Positions 51,905 to 62,243 of a stretch of 64,000 nt of DNA are shown in pieces. The notes under the pieces are model-generated. The model was not told the DNA's origin, did not search any database, and worked only from the letters and a program-made list of their open reading frames with translations. The stretch covers positions 43,648 to 107,647 of the forward strand of contig JANQYI010000013.1 in NCBI GenBank assembly GCA_030728985.1, in the 5' to 3' direction. A program made the position numbers and the translations under genes. Source of the DNA: Burkholderiaceae bacterium. GTDB taxonomy: Bacteria > Pseudomonadota > Gammaproteobacteria > Burkholderiales > Burkholderiaceae_B. Numbering within the stretch: the first letter of the stretch is position 1; every line of letters starts with the position of its first letter.

Positions 51905-51952
51905 CGCTAAACTGCCACCCTCCGCAGGTGAGCTTTTTTTATTTAGGCAAGA

Positions 51953-53671
51953 ATGGATATCCGACGCACCATCCTATTGATGATTTTCTCGTTTTCCCTG
52001 CTCATGCTGTGGAACAACTGGCAAGTACACCAAGGCAATCCCTCCCTTTTGGGTGCTTCAACGCAAAGTACTTCGCCAGCGGCGCCGCCAACAACGAGCA
52101 CAACAACGACAGACCCAACTGCGCCTCCAGCCAGCGTTCCGAGCGCGCCAGTAGCTCCTGTTGTCAGCAATTCTTCGGCAATAGTGCCTGGCGTTGCAAC
52201 ACAGGCGTCTACTCAGGCACAAACGGTTGATTTCAAAACAGACGTTCTAAATATTAGTTTTGATCTGGTTGGCGCTCAACTTGTTAGAGCAGACCTTCTC
52301 GCTTTCCCAAGTCGTGAGGAAAAGGACAAACCATTTGTTCTCTTGAACAATCGTGGCGGACAAACATACATTGTTCAATCTGGATTAACAGGTGCCCCTG
52401 CAGGTAGCTTATATCCAACACACCTCGCGCCATTTTCATTAGTCACAGATCAACGTGAACTCAGCGGCAATCAACTTGTTATTAAGTTTGTGTCCGAAGC
52501 GAGTGGTGTCAAACTCACCAAAACATTTACCCTCAACCGAGGTAGTTACGAGATACTCGTTGACCATCAAATAGAAAATCTTTCCGCGCAGCCCATTACT
52601 CCAGCCGTATATTTGCAAATCACTCGCGACAGTAAAGACCCTGCTAGTGAAAATTCAACGCCCAGTTTTATGTCTGGTCCCGTCAGCTTTACAGGTCCAG
52701 CAATCTTTTCAGAACAAGAAAAGTTTCAAAAGGTTTCATTCTCCGATATTGAAAAGCGTAAGGCCACTTACGTTAAAGAAGCTGATAATGGCTGGTTTGC
52801 CATGGTTCAGCATTATTTCGTTACGGCGTGGGTTCCCCCCCAAGGTAAAAGCCGTAGTTACGAAATGACTGAGCTTCAAAAAAACTTATTCGCGGTACGA
52901 AGTATTGAACCTGTAGGAACGATTGCTCCAGGCAATCTATTAAATGTTCCTGCCAAGCTCTGGGTCGGCCCTCAAGATCAAGACGGTCTTGAAAAAGTTG
53001 CCCCTGGTTTGGACTTAGTTGTGGATTATGGTTTGCTTACGATTATTGCCAAACCACTATTTGCTTTAATGACGTGGCTATATACCCTCTTAGGGAACTG
53101 GGGTTGGACCATTGTTGTACTAACCATATTGATCAAAGCCGTGTTTTATCCACTGTCAGCCGCTAGTTACCGATCCATGGCAAAAATGAAGTTAGTTGCG
53201 CCTCGGTTACAGGCTCTTAAAGAAAAGTTGGGTGATGATCGCCAAAAGCTCAATACGGCAATGATGGAGATGTATCGCACGGAAAAAATCAATCCACTAG
53301 GTGGTTGTTTGCCGATCGTAATTCAAATTCCCGTTTTTATTTCACTCTATTATGTCTTGGGCTCGAGTGTTGAACTTCGTGGTGCCCCATGGATTTGGTG
53401 GATTAAAGACTTAGCAGTGCAAGATCCTTACTTTATCTTACCCGTCGTCATGATGGCCACCATGTTTCTTCAGATGCGTTTGAATCCAACGCCACCTGAT
53501 CCTATGCAAGCCAAAATCATGATGTTCATGCCTTTGATTTTTGGTGCAATGATGTTCTTTTTTCCTTCAGGACTTGTCTTATATTGGTGTGTAAACAATA
53601 TCCTCTCAATTGCCCAACAATGGTATGTCATGCGACAAATTTCCGCAGCCGCTGCGACGGCTCAGCGCTAA
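51953..53671 (+). CDS. yidC: Membrane protein insertase YidC
   Basis: MDIRRTIL, VDYG, GNWGWTI, NPLGGCLP, SVELRGAP, PSGLVLYW. Confidence 0.97.
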   Translation: MDIRRTILLMIFSFSLLMLWNNWQVHQGNPSLLGASTQSTSPAAPPTTSTTTTDPTAPPASVPSAPVAPVVSNSSAIVPGVATQASTQAQTVDFKTDVLNISFDLVGAQLVRADLLAFPSREEKDKPFVLLNNRGGQTYIVQSGLTGAPAGSLYPTHLAPFSLVTDQRELSGNQLVIKFVSEASGVKLTKTFTLNRGSYEILVDHQIENLSAQPITPAVYLQITRDSKDPASENSTPSFMSGPVSFTGPAIFSEQEKFQKVSFSDIEKRKATYVKEADNGWFAMVQHYFVTAWVPPQGKSRSYEMTELQKNLFAVRSIEPVGTIAPGNLLNVPAKLWVGPQDQDGLEKVAPGLDLVVDYGLLTIIAKPLFALMTWLYTLLGNWGWTIVVLTILIKAVFYPLSAASYRSMAKMKLVAPRLQALKEKLGDDRQKLNTAMMEMYRTEKINPLGGCLPIVIQIPVFISLYYVLGSSVELRGAPWIWWIKDLAVQDPYFILPVVMMATMFLQMRLNPTPPDPMQAKIMMFMPLIFGAMMFFFPSGLVLYWCVNNILSIAQQWYVMRQISAAAATAQR

Positions 53672-53710
53672 TATTATTGTTTAATGAACGCATGTCGCGC
53701 CTAAGCAAGC

Positions 53711-55066
53711 ATGCCTCAAAATAACGATGCTATTGTTGCCATTGCAACCGCCCCGGGTCGGGGCGGAATTGGCATCGTTCGTGTTTCTGGGCCCCAGCTG
53801 GGGCCCTTTATTTTTGCCCTACTTGGACTTGCGCTAACACCAAGACACGCACACTATTGTGTCTTTCGTAATCAGCAAGGCACGCCTATCGACGAAGGGA
53901 TTGCTCTTTATTTTTCTTCACCACATTCTTATACCGGTGAGGACGTTCTTGAATTGCAGGGCCATGGTGGCCCCGCTGTGATGCAATTATTGCTAAAGCA
54001 ATGCCTTGCTATTGGTTCTCGTTTTAATGTCCGTATGGCTGCTCCTGGCGAATTTACATTACGTGCTTTTCTTAACGATAAGATTGACTTAACCCAAGCA
54101 GAAGCTATTGCTGATTTGATTGACGCGTCTTCTGAAGTCGCTGCTCGTGCGGCCATGTCATCCTTTAGTGGTAAGTTTTCTGACCAAATAAACGTACTTA
54201 GTCGTTCAATCGTGGAATTACGCTTGATGGTGGAAGCAACGTTAGATTTTCCCGAAGAAGAAATTGAGTTTCTTGAAAAGTTCCAAGCGAATACGAGACT
54301 TCTCAACATACAAAAACATCTTCAACACATTCTTGAACAATCCAAACAAGGAATGGTTTTAAGAGAGGGTCTACACGTTGTTTTAGCTGGTGAGCCCAAT
54401 GTAGGTAAGTCTAGTTTACTCAATGCTCTTGCTGGTGAAGAGCTTGCTATCGTGACAGACATCGCCGGTACGACGCGTGACAAAGTGTCTCAAATCATCT
54501 ACATAGATGGTGTACCAATAACAATCGTTGATACCGCGGGTTTAAGAGACACCACTGATACCATTGAAACGATCGGCATTGAGCGCAGCTGGTCTGAAAT
54601 TGCAAAAGCCGACATTGTTTTAAATTTAAAAGATGCTCAAAACCAAGATTTTGATCTAGATAAAAAAATCGCAGCAAACCGCTCACCAAAAAGTGTTTTG
54701 CTGACTGTCTTCAATAAGGTTGATTTACTACCTCTCCTTCCAGAGGCTAACCATGGAACTTTTTTCATATCAGCAAAGACTGGCCTAGGTTTAAATGATC
54801 TTAAGGCTGAATTACTCTATTTAGCGGGCTGGCAACCTAGTCAAGAAACGCCTTGGCTTGCTAGACAACGACATATCGATGCGCTTAATGCTGTTGCACA
54901 TCACCTCTCAATTGCGTCTTCTCACGCGACTCAAAATGATCGTGTCTTAGATCTTTTTGCTGAAGAATTGCGCCTTGCTCATGAAAAGTTAGGCTCAATT
55001 ACCGGACAAATGTCAGCAGATGATCTTTTAGGAGAAATTTTCTCGCGTTTTTGCATTGGTAAGTAA
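53711..55066 (+). CDS. mnmE: tRNA modification GTPase MnmE
   Basis: [44 protein letters not shown]. Confidence 0.97.
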   Translation: MPQNNDAIVAIATAPGRGGIGIVRVSGPQLGPFIFALLGLALTPRHAHYCVFRNQQGTPIDEGIALYFSSPHSYTGEDVLELQGHGGPAVMQLLLKQCLAIGSRFNVRMAAPGEFTLRAFLNDKIDLTQAEAIADLIDASSEVAARAAMSSFSGKFSDQINVLSRSIVELRLMVEATLDFPEEEIEFLEKFQANTRLLNIQKHLQHILEQSKQGMVLREGLHVVLAGEPNVGKSSLLNALAGEELAIVTDIAGTTRDKVSQIIYIDGVPITIVDTAGLRDTTDTIETIGIERSWSEIAKADIVLNLKDAQNQDFDLDKKIAANRSPKSVLLTVFNKVDLLPLLPEANHGTFFISAKTGLGLNDLKAELLYLAGWQPSQETPWLARQRHIDALNAVAHHLSIASSHATQNDRVLDLFAEELRLAHEKLGSITGQMSADDLLGEIFSRFCIGK

Positions 55067-55450
55067 ATCTAACGTGTTGTTTTTTTGAGTGCAATACGTA
55101 TAGTTACAAAATTTTTTTTTGCAAACGGTCTGTGGATAACAAAGGGAAATGGATTGTGAATACTTTGTGTATGAATCTGGAACAACTGATGTTCTTGAAT
55201 CTTGTTTAGAACTTGTTCATGTTGCTCCACAAATTTAAACAGGACTTACACACACAAAATTTTCTCACTAACGTATTGATTTTAATTTGTTATTACAACT
55301 TATCCCTGTTGTACACAGCATGTCTTATCCATCAGTATTTATATATAAAGAAAAAGATAAAAACAAAGTGTCAAAAAAATTTTACGAACTAAAAAATATA
55401 AAAAGATTTTTTTTCTCACCCAATGAATTCATGTTTAAATTCATTTGTCC
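55067..55450. other. Putative chromosomal replication origin (oriC core)
   Basis: Non-coding AT-rich gap with perfect DnaA box TGTGGATAA (55131-55139), degenerate boxes (55155, 55166, 55223, 55246, 55300, 55309, 55325), IHF site and a very AT-rich tract 55335-55450. Confidence 0.82.
55269..55281 (-). promoter_or_regulatory. IHF binding site within oriC
   Basis: Reverse complement AATCAATACGTTA matches WATCAANNNNTTR exactly. Confidence 0.7.
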
Positions 55451-56620
55451 TTAAACACTCATCAGTTTTTCTATTGCTTCATCAAGGGTGGTGTCCTTTT
55501 TAGCAAAGCAAAAACGAACGAGTTGATGGTTTGAATTTTCTTCCTCTGGTTTTGCATAAAAAGCGGAAACCGGAATGACGACCACACCATGTTTTTGTGC
55601 TAACCATATTGAAAAGTCAGATTCATTTTTTTCTGATATTTGACTGTAGTCAGCAAGTAAAAAATAAGTACCAGGACTTGGTATGGCTCTAAATCTTGTT
55701 TGATTAAGTCCCGCAAGGAGTTTATCTCGTTTTAATTGATAAAATTCTGCCAAATCCAAATACGTACTTTTATCTTGTGTGTATTGTGCAAGTGCATGCT
55801 GAAAGGGCGCGGGTACAGTAAAAACAACAAATTGGTGAACTTTACGTAATTCTGTTGTGAATTCTTTTGGCGCACAGCAATATCCGATTTTCCAGCCCGT
55901 CGTATGAGTGGTTTTACCGAACGAAGAAATAACAAATGTTTTTTCAGCAAGCAATGGCCTTGAGGCAAGACTCAAATGTTTTTTGTGATCAAAGACGATA
56001 TGTTCATACACTTCATCAGACAAGATAAAAATATTTTTTTTGGAGACGATTTGTTCTAGCGCATCTAAGTCTTTTTTATCAAGGATTGAACCTGTCGGAT
56101 TATGTGGTGAGTTCACAATAATCATCTTAGTTTTTTCTGATACGCGATCACTTACCTCGTCCCAATCAACAGAAAAAGCTAGTTTTTCTTTTTTAGGTGG
56201 TCTCATTTGAACAAAAATAGGTATTCCACCAGCAAGCCTAATTGCAGGGACATAACAGTCGTAGCAAGGCTCGATCACAATGACTTCATCCCCATGATGA
56301 ACGGTTGCTAAGATGGCTGCCATAATCGCCTCTGTCGCACCGCTTGTGATGGTTATTTCTTGTGCAACATCATATTTTTTTCCATACAAATCATTCACTT
56401 TTTCACTGATTACTTCTCTCAATTGACCAATACCTGTCATCAAAGGATATTGATTTTGACCTTCATGCATTGCTTGTGTAACGAGATTTAGTAATCGTTC
56501 ATCTGTGTTGAAATCAGGAAAACCTTGCCCCAAGTTGATGGCGTTGTAATCTACGGCCATTTTGCTCATGGTGGTAAAGATTGTTGTACCGACATCAGGA
56601 AGTTTTGTAGTGATTTGCAT
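55451..56620 (-). CDS. Class I PLP aminotransferase, YbdL/methionine aminotransferase-like
   Basis: KLPDVGTTIFT, INLGQGFPDF, NSPHNPTG, SDEVYEH, SFGKTTHTTGWKIGY, RFCFAK. Confidence 0.88.
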   Translation of the reverse strand: MQITTKLPDVGTTIFTTMSKMAVDYNAINLGQGFPDFNTDERLLNLVTQAMHEGQNQYPLMTGIGQLREVISEKVNDLYGKKYDVAQEITITSGATEAIMAAILATVHHGDEVIVIEPCYDCYVPAIRLAGGIPIFVQMRPPKKEKLAFSVDWDEVSDRVSEKTKMIIVNSPHNPTGSILDKKDLDALEQIVSKKNIFILSDEVYEHIVFDHKKHLSLASRPLLAEKTFVISSFGKTTHTTGWKIGYCCAPKEFTTELRKVHQFVVFTVPAPFQHALAQYTQDKSTYLDLAEFYQLKRDKLLAGLNQTRFRAIPSPGTYFLLADYSQISEKNESDFSIWLAQKHGVVVIPVSAFYAKPEEENSNHQLVRFCFAKKDTTLDEAIEKLMSV

Positions 56621-56678
56621 GGTGTAATGGTTTCAAGACGTTTTTTCGATAATACGCATTTTTACTGGTGTTTGGTTT

Positions 56679-57719
56679 GTGAAGCTGATTTGGAAGTTGT
56701 TAATTGGTTTGTTTGCATCTATTTGCGGTGCTTTGATTGCTCAAAAGATTGGCATTCCTCTGCCCTGGACGCTAGGTCCACTCCTTACTGTTGCAAGTTG
56801 TCGATTACTCTCATTGCCTGTTGCGAGCGCCACCTCTTTGCGTAATGCTGGTCAATGGGTCATTGGGATCACGCTTGGGCTTTATTTCACTCCTCAAGTC
56901 GTTGCCGTTGTGACTAGCCATTGGTTTGCGATGGTTGCTGGGCTATTGTTTGCTCTTTTGCTTGCCGTGTATGGAACCTGTTTATTACTGAAGCTGGGTC
57001 ATGCTGATTTAAGAACAGCATGGTTTTCTTCAGCAATTGGAGGTGCAAATGAAATGTCTATTCTTGCAGAGCGTTATGGCGTGAGGCCGGACTTGGTAGC
57101 AAGTGCTCACACTGTACGAATTATTATTGTTGTCTTAGCAGTTCCTTTTGCTTGTCAATTCTTTGGTGTTTCAGGTCTTGATACGGCGATTCTTGTACAA
57201 AAGGATTTCCATTTTAATGGCTTTCTTAAAATAGGTTTGTTGACCTTTCTAGGTGGTTTCGTTGCCCATAAAATGAAAATACCTAATGCCTGGGTGTTAG
57301 GATCGATGTTCATCGTAATGTTTTTTACAATGAACCAAATCCATTTTTCTACAGTTCCCGCTGAGCTGACACTTTTAGCTCAGTTATTTATTGGTTGGTC
57401 GCTAGGCGATCGATTTAGGGCTGGATTTTTCAAAAAGTCGCCGAAGTTTTTAATGTGTGTTGTACTTTATAGTGTGACGGCCTTGATGTTCGGTTTTGTC
57501 TATGCTTTTTTATTATCGCAAATAATCAGTGTGCCGTTAGCATCTTTAGCCGTTAGTGTTGCTCCCGGAGGTGTTGCAGAAATGGCTATTACAGCTAAAG
57601 TTCTTCAACTCGGTGTACCACTTGTGACGGCGTTCCAAGTTTCGAGAATGGTGGGTGTCGTATTGTTAACTGGCCCGCTTTATCAATTTGTTGTAAGTCG
57701 TTTGGAAAAAACAAAGTAG
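56679..57719 (+). CDS. AbrB-family (AbrB duplication) membrane protein
   Basis: Duplicated PLPWTLGP / PNAWVLGS halves, GGANEM and PGGVAEM motifs, many TMs. Confidence 0.85.
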   Translation: MKLIWKLLIGLFASICGALIAQKIGIPLPWTLGPLLTVASCRLLSLPVASATSLRNAGQWVIGITLGLYFTPQVVAVVTSHWFAMVAGLLFALLLAVYGTCLLLKLGHADLRTAWFSSAIGGANEMSILAERYGVRPDLVASAHTVRIIIVVLAVPFACQFFGVSGLDTAILVQKDFHFNGFLKIGLLTFLGGFVAHKMKIPNAWVLGSMFIVMFFTMNQIHFSTVPAELTLLAQLFIGWSLGDRFRAGFFKKSPKFLMCVVLYSVTALMFGFVYAFLLSQIISVPLASLAVSVAPGGVAEMAITAKVLQLGVPLVTAFQVSRMVGVVLLTGPLYQFVVSRLEKTK

Positions 57720-57769
57720 CCTGTAGCGCTGATTTTAGTTTTCTTGTTATTACGTCGCTAGTCGAAAAG

Positions 57770-57823
57770 TTATTAACAGGTTTTCCCAAGCTTTCAGCAC
57801 CGTTATACACAGCGTTGTTCACA
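57770..57823 (+). promoter_or_regulatory. Second cluster of DnaA-box-like sites upstream of mnmG
   Basis: TTATTAACA (57770), TTATACACA (57803, matches TTWTNCACA), TTGTTCACA (57815), all same orientation. Confidence 0.55.
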
Positions 57824-57839
57824 TGTTTCACGTGAAACA
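57824..57839. other. parS centromere site 1
   Basis: Perfect TGTTTCACGTGAAACA; palindrome extends to 57821-57842. Confidence 0.92.
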
Positions 57840-57871
57840 TGTTATTGGGACGCCCGCTAATAAAAACAGTA

Positions 57872-57887
57872 TGTTTCACGTGAAACA
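57872..57887. other. parS centromere site 2
   Basis: Perfect TGTTTCACGTGAAACA. Confidence 0.92.
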
Positions 57888-57928
57888 ACAGTCGGCTTAT
57901 AATATAAAGCGATGAACAGGTGGCGCCT

Positions 57929-59842
57929 ATGAATTATCCAGAAATTTTCGATGTTATTGTTATTGGTGGCGGCCATGCTGGCACTGAGGCGGCACTTTCC
58001 TCTGCAAGAAGTGGTGCTTCAACACTATTGCTCACACACAATATCGAAACATTAGGACAAATGTCTTGTAACCCTTCCATCGGGGGAATCGGCAAAGGTC
58101 ACCTGGTTAAAGAAGTGGATGCATTAGGTGGTGCAATGGCAATTGCAACTGATGAAGCAGGGATTCAATTCAAAATTCTAAACAGCTCAAAAGGCCCTGC
58201 AGTCCGAGCAACTCGCGCCCAAGCAGACCGCGTTTTATATAGACAAGCAATACGAACACGATTGGAAAATCAACAAAACTTATGGTTATTTCAACAAGCA
58301 GTCGATGATTTGCTCTTGGAGGGTGAAAAGGTCATTGGAGCAATTACACAGACAGGCATTCGCTTTCGTTGTAAAGCCGTTGTATTGACAGCGGGAACAT
58401 TTCTAAACGGCTTAGTTCATGTCGGTTTAAAAAACTATGCCGCCGGACGCGCGGGAGATCCATCGTCAACCTCACTCGGTGCACGACTGAAAGAAATGCA
58501 ACTCCCTCAGGGTCGTCTTAAAACGGGAACACCACCAAGAATTGATGGTAAGTCGATCAATTATCAAGTTTTAGAAGAACAGCCCGGTGATCATGACCCC
58601 GTACCTATTTTTTCGTATATGGGAAAGATAGAAATGCACCCAAGGCAAATTTCATGCTGGGTTACACATACCAATACACAAACACATGACATTATTCGGG
58701 GAGGCCTTGATCGATCACCAATGTATAGTGGCGTTATTGAGGGGGTTGGACCCCGATACTGTCCCTCCATAGAAGATAAGGTAAATAGGTTTGCCGATAA
58801 AAATTCGCATCAGGTTTTTTTAGAGCCTGAGGGTTTAGATACACACGAGGTATATCCAAATGGTGTTTCTACGTCATTGCCCTTTGATGTTCAATTAGAA
58901 CTAATTAGATCGCTTAAAGGTCTTGAACAAGCGCACATTGTTAGACCCGGTTACGCTATTGAGTACGATTACTTTGATCCTCGAGAATTAAAAGCCTCTT
59001 TTGAAACAAAAACAATCCAAGGCTTGTTTTTTGCTGGTCAAATAAACGGTACCACCGGATACGAAGAAGCTGCTGCACAAGGTTTGCTCGCAGGCATCAA
59101 TGCCGCCCAATATTCTAGAGAAGAAAACCCCTTAATCTTGCAACGTAGTCAAGCTTATATGGGTGTATTAGTTGACGACTTGGTGACAAAGGGCGTGACA
59201 GAGCCTTATCGGATGTTTACGTCGAGAGCCGAATATCGATTAAGCCTCAGAGAAGATAATGCAGACTGGCGACTTACCGAACTTGGGCGACAGTTCAACC
59301 TAATTGATGATGCCCGATGGAAGGCATTTAATGAAAAACGAGATGCCGTAGAAAAAGAAATAGAAAGGTTGCGTAGCACCTGGGTCAATCCAAGAATGTT
59401 GACGCAAGCAGCAGCAGAAAAAGTACTTGGAAAAGAAATAGGGCGTGAGTACTTACTATCAGACTTGCTCAAGCGCCCCAATGTGTCTTATCGTGACTTA
59501 ATGGGCATGTCATTTCACGATGGTGTAGAAATGCCTGTTGGCTTGATCGCTGGAGAGTGTGCGGAACAAGTGGAAATTCAGATTAAATATGAAGGTTACA
59601 TCTCACGGCAACAGGAAGAGATCGAGCGCCAGCAAATAAATGAAACCCAAGTAATACCTGAAACATTAGATTTTGATGGAATCACAAGTTTGTCATTTGA
59701 AGTAAGACAAAAGCTAAGAGCGCATCGACCAGAAACAGTTGGACAAGCATCACGGATATCAGGAATGACACCTGCCGCTATTTCACTTTTGCTTATTCAC
59801 TTAAAACGACACCATCACCGTCAAGCTGTAAAGGCTGATTGA
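57929..59842 (+). CDS. mnmG: tRNA uridine-5-carboxymethylaminomethyl modification enzyme MnmG (GidA)
   Basis: [60 protein letters not shown]. Confidence 0.98.
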   Translation: MNYPEIFDVIVIGGGHAGTEAALSSARSGASTLLLTHNIETLGQMSCNPSIGGIGKGHLVKEVDALGGAMAIATDEAGIQFKILNSSKGPAVRATRAQADRVLYRQAIRTRLENQQNLWLFQQAVDDLLLEGEKVIGAITQTGIRFRCKAVVLTAGTFLNGLVHVGLKNYAAGRAGDPSSTSLGARLKEMQLPQGRLKTGTPPRIDGKSINYQVLEEQPGDHDPVPIFSYMGKIEMHPRQISCWVTHTNTQTHDIIRGGLDRSPMYSGVIEGVGPRYCPSIEDKVNRFADKNSHQVFLEPEGLDTHEVYPNGVSTSLPFDVQLELIRSLKGLEQAHIVRPGYAIEYDYFDPRELKASFETKTIQGLFFAGQINGTTGYEEAAAQGLLAGINAAQYSREENPLILQRSQAYMGVLVDDLVTKGVTEPYRMFTSRAEYRLSLREDNADWRLTELGRQFNLIDDARWKAFNEKRDAVEKEIERLRSTWVNPRMLTQAAAEKVLGKEIGREYLLSDLLKRPNVSYRDLMGMSFHDGVEMPVGLIAGECAEQVEIQIKYEGYISRQQEEIERQQINETQVIPETLDFDGITSLSFEVRQKLRAHRPETVGQASRISGMTPAAISLLLIHLKRHHHRQAVKAD

Positions 59843-60525
59843 TGCAACACAGTACCATCGAGCAATCTTTTTTTGATCAACTCAATCAAGCTTGCGCGTC
59901 GTTGTCATTAACACCTACGCAACAACAAAAAGAACGATTACTTGAGTATATAAATCAACTCATAAAATGGAATAAAACATATAACCTGACCGCAATAAGA
60001 TTGCCTGAGCAAGCGCTCGTGCAGCATATTTTTGATAGTCTGGCCGTTATACAACCACTGACGCAATACTTATTTCAAAGCCAACGCCGAACACCAAAAA
60101 CAGTGCTCGACGTAGGATCTGGGGCAGGAATACCAGGCGTCATTATTGCCATCATGATTCCTGAAGCATCAGTAACATGCATTGACACCGTTGAAAAGAA
60201 AATGACATTTGTAAGACAGGTCAGGGGAGTGTTGTCATTGACAAACCTGCATGCTGTTCATCAAAGAGTGGAGTTATTCGAGGGCGGACCCTATGACGTA
60301 GTTATATCAAGAGCATTCGCAAGCCTGCAAGACTTCGTCACACTGGCAGGCAATCGAGTCCATGTTGATGCAAAGATGCTCGCAATGAAAGGCAAAGAGC
60401 CCCATGACGAAATACGGGCGTTAGATGAAAAGTCGACATGGTATGCAGAATCAATCGAAGCATTGAGCGTGCCACAACTAAGTGCCCAGAGATGTCTGGT
60501 GTGGTTGAAACGAAAAGGAAAATAA
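59842..60525 (+). CDS. rsmG: 16S rRNA m7G527 methyltransferase RsmG (GidB)
   Basis: WNKTYNLTAIR, HIFDSL, DVGSGAGIPG, SRAF; TGATG coupling to mnmG. Confidence 0.95.
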   Translation: MQHSTIEQSFFDQLNQACASLSLTPTQQQKERLLEYINQLIKWNKTYNLTAIRLPEQALVQHIFDSLAVIQPLTQYLFQSQRRTPKTVLDVGSGAGIPGVIIAIMIPEASVTCIDTVEKKMTFVRQVRGVLSLTNLHAVHQRVELFEGGPYDVVISRAFASLQDFVTLAGNRVHVDAKMLAMKGKEPHDEIRALDEKSTWYAESIEALSVPQLSAQRCLVWLKRKGK

Positions 60526-61322
60526 TGACAAACCTAACACAGCGGACAGCGCGCATTTTTTGTATTGCAAATCAAAAAGGTGGCGTCGGAAAAACGACAA
60601 CAGCAATTAATCTTGCCGCAGGATTAGCTAAACACAAACAGCGTGTATTACTGATCGATCTTGATCCTCAAGGCAATGCAACGATGGGTAGTGGGATCAA
60701 TAAAAATGAACTTGCACACAACATATACGATGTGCTTATTGGCACGGCAGACATCAAAGAGTCGACGGTTCATTCCGAAACGGGTATGTACGACGTCTTG
60801 CCTGCCAACCGAGAGTTATCAGGAGCAGAAATTGACCTCGTGGGCATGGATCAAAGAGAGCGACAACTTAAACAAGCGATCAACATTGTGGCCGACAAGT
60901 ATGACTTTGTGCTGATTGACTGTCCACCCACATTATCACTATTGACACTAAATGGACTTGCGGCTTCGCACGGCGTCATCATTCCAATGCAATGTGAATA
61001 TTTTGCGCTTGAGGGATTGTCGGACTTAGTCAACACCATTAAAAGAGTGCATCGAAATATTAATCCAGAGTTAAGTTTAATTGGTTTACTAAGAGTCATG
61101 TTTGATCCAAGAGTCACCTTACAACAGCAAGTTTCAGCTCAACTAGAAGCGCACTTTGGTGACAAAGTTTTCAAAACCGTCGTCCCTCGAAATGTAAGAC
61201 TTGCAGAAGCACCCAGCCATGGAATGCCCGGAGTTATTTATGATCCGGGATCAAGAGGCGCTCAGGCATATATTGCTTTCGGTGCAGAGGTCATCGACCG
61301 AGTTAAATCGACAACAGAATAG
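60525..61322 (+). CDS. parA: Chromosome partitioning ATPase ParA
   Basis: NQKGGVGKTT, DLDPQGNA, IDCPP, QCEYFALEG, PRNVRLAEAPS; TAATG coupling. Confidence 0.96.
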   Translation: MTNLTQRTARIFCIANQKGGVGKTTTAINLAAGLAKHKQRVLLIDLDPQGNATMGSGINKNELAHNIYDVLIGTADIKESTVHSETGMYDVLPANRELSGAEIDLVGMDQRERQLKQAINIVADKYDFVLIDCPPTLSLLTLNGLAASHGVIIPMQCEYFALEGLSDLVNTIKRVHRNINPELSLIGLLRVMFDPRVTLQQQVSAQLEAHFGDKVFKTVVPRNVRLAEAPSHGMPGVIYDPGSRGAQAYIAFGAEVIDRVKSTTE

Positions 61323-61337
61323 AGGCAGATAAGAAAA

Positions 61338-62243
61338 ATGGTGACTAAAAAACCAAAAGGTCTAGGACGAGGACTTGAAGCATTGTTAGGTGCTGACGCG
61401 TCCGGTTTAAATCAATTAGGGCAACCAGAACATAATTTGTCACTGCCCAATACCTTGCCCATCTCAAAATTGCAGGCAGGCAAATATCAACCACGCACAC
61501 GTATGGATGAAGGTGCTTTGGCTGAGTTGGCAGAGTCTATCCGCGCTCAAGGCATCATGCAGCCGATTTTAGTTAGATCGATTGATTCTACAAAAGGCCG
61601 TTATGAAATCATTGCGGGTGAGAGAAGATTCAGAGCGGCGCAAATAGCAGGATTAACGGAAGTGCCAGTGCTGGTTCGAGACGTCGCGGATGAACATGCT
61701 GCGGCAATGGCGCTTATAGAAAATATTCAGCGAGAAGACCTAAACCCACTAGAAGAGGCGCAAGGTGTTAAGCGATTATTAGATGAGTTTGGCTTAACGC
61801 ATGAGCAAGCGGCCTCAGCAATTGGACGCTCCAGGTCTGCCACCAGTAATTTATTGAGACTCTTAAATCTGGCACCGACCCTCCAAACAATGTTGTTAGC
61901 GGGAGACATTGACATGGGACATGCGCGTGCATTGCTTGCGGTGGATAATGCAACGCAAATTCAATTAGCAAATCAAATTATCGCCAAAAGACTTTCAGTT
62001 CGAGAGGCGGAAAAACTTGTTACTAAAACACAATCTGATGCAAGCCCAAAGCAGAAGCCAAGTGATAAAAGCTACTCGCGGGATGTGATGCGACTTGAAG
62101 AAACGCTCTCCGACCAATTAGGAACCAAGGTGATCCTAAAGGTTGGAACCAAGGGACGAGGACAAATAGTCATCGATTTTCACGGGTGGGAGCATTGTTC
62201 CGCCCTGATAGAAAAAATGCAGCTAAAAGAAGAACTTCAATGA
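61338..62243 (+). CDS. parB: Chromosome partitioning protein ParB
   Basis: KGLGRGL, YQPR, AGERRFRAA, ENIQREDLNPLEEA, HTH. Confidence 0.96.
   Translation: MVTKKPKGLGRGLEALLGADASGLNQLGQPEHNLSLPNTLPISKLQAGKYQPRTRMDEGALAELAESIRAQGIMQPILVRSIDSTKGRYEIIAGERRFRAAQIAGLTEVPVLVRDVADEHAAAMALIENIQREDLNPLEEAQGVKRLLDEFGLTHEQAASAIGRSRSATSNLLRLLNLAPTLQTMLLAGDIDMGHARALLAVDNATQIQLANQIIAKRLSVREAEKLVTKTQSDASPKQKPSDKSYSRDVMRLEETLSDQLGTKVILKVGTKGRGQIVIDFHGWEHCSALIEKMQLKEELQ

Noticed and set aside
55451-57719. AT-rich two-gene block as a mobile island
   Set aside because: No integrase, transposase, tRNA or flanking direct repeats seen, and neighbouring core genes are similarly AT-rich
57595-57888. ORF with repeated MFHVKH
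   Set aside because: MFHVKH is the translation of the parS palindrome, a known artefact
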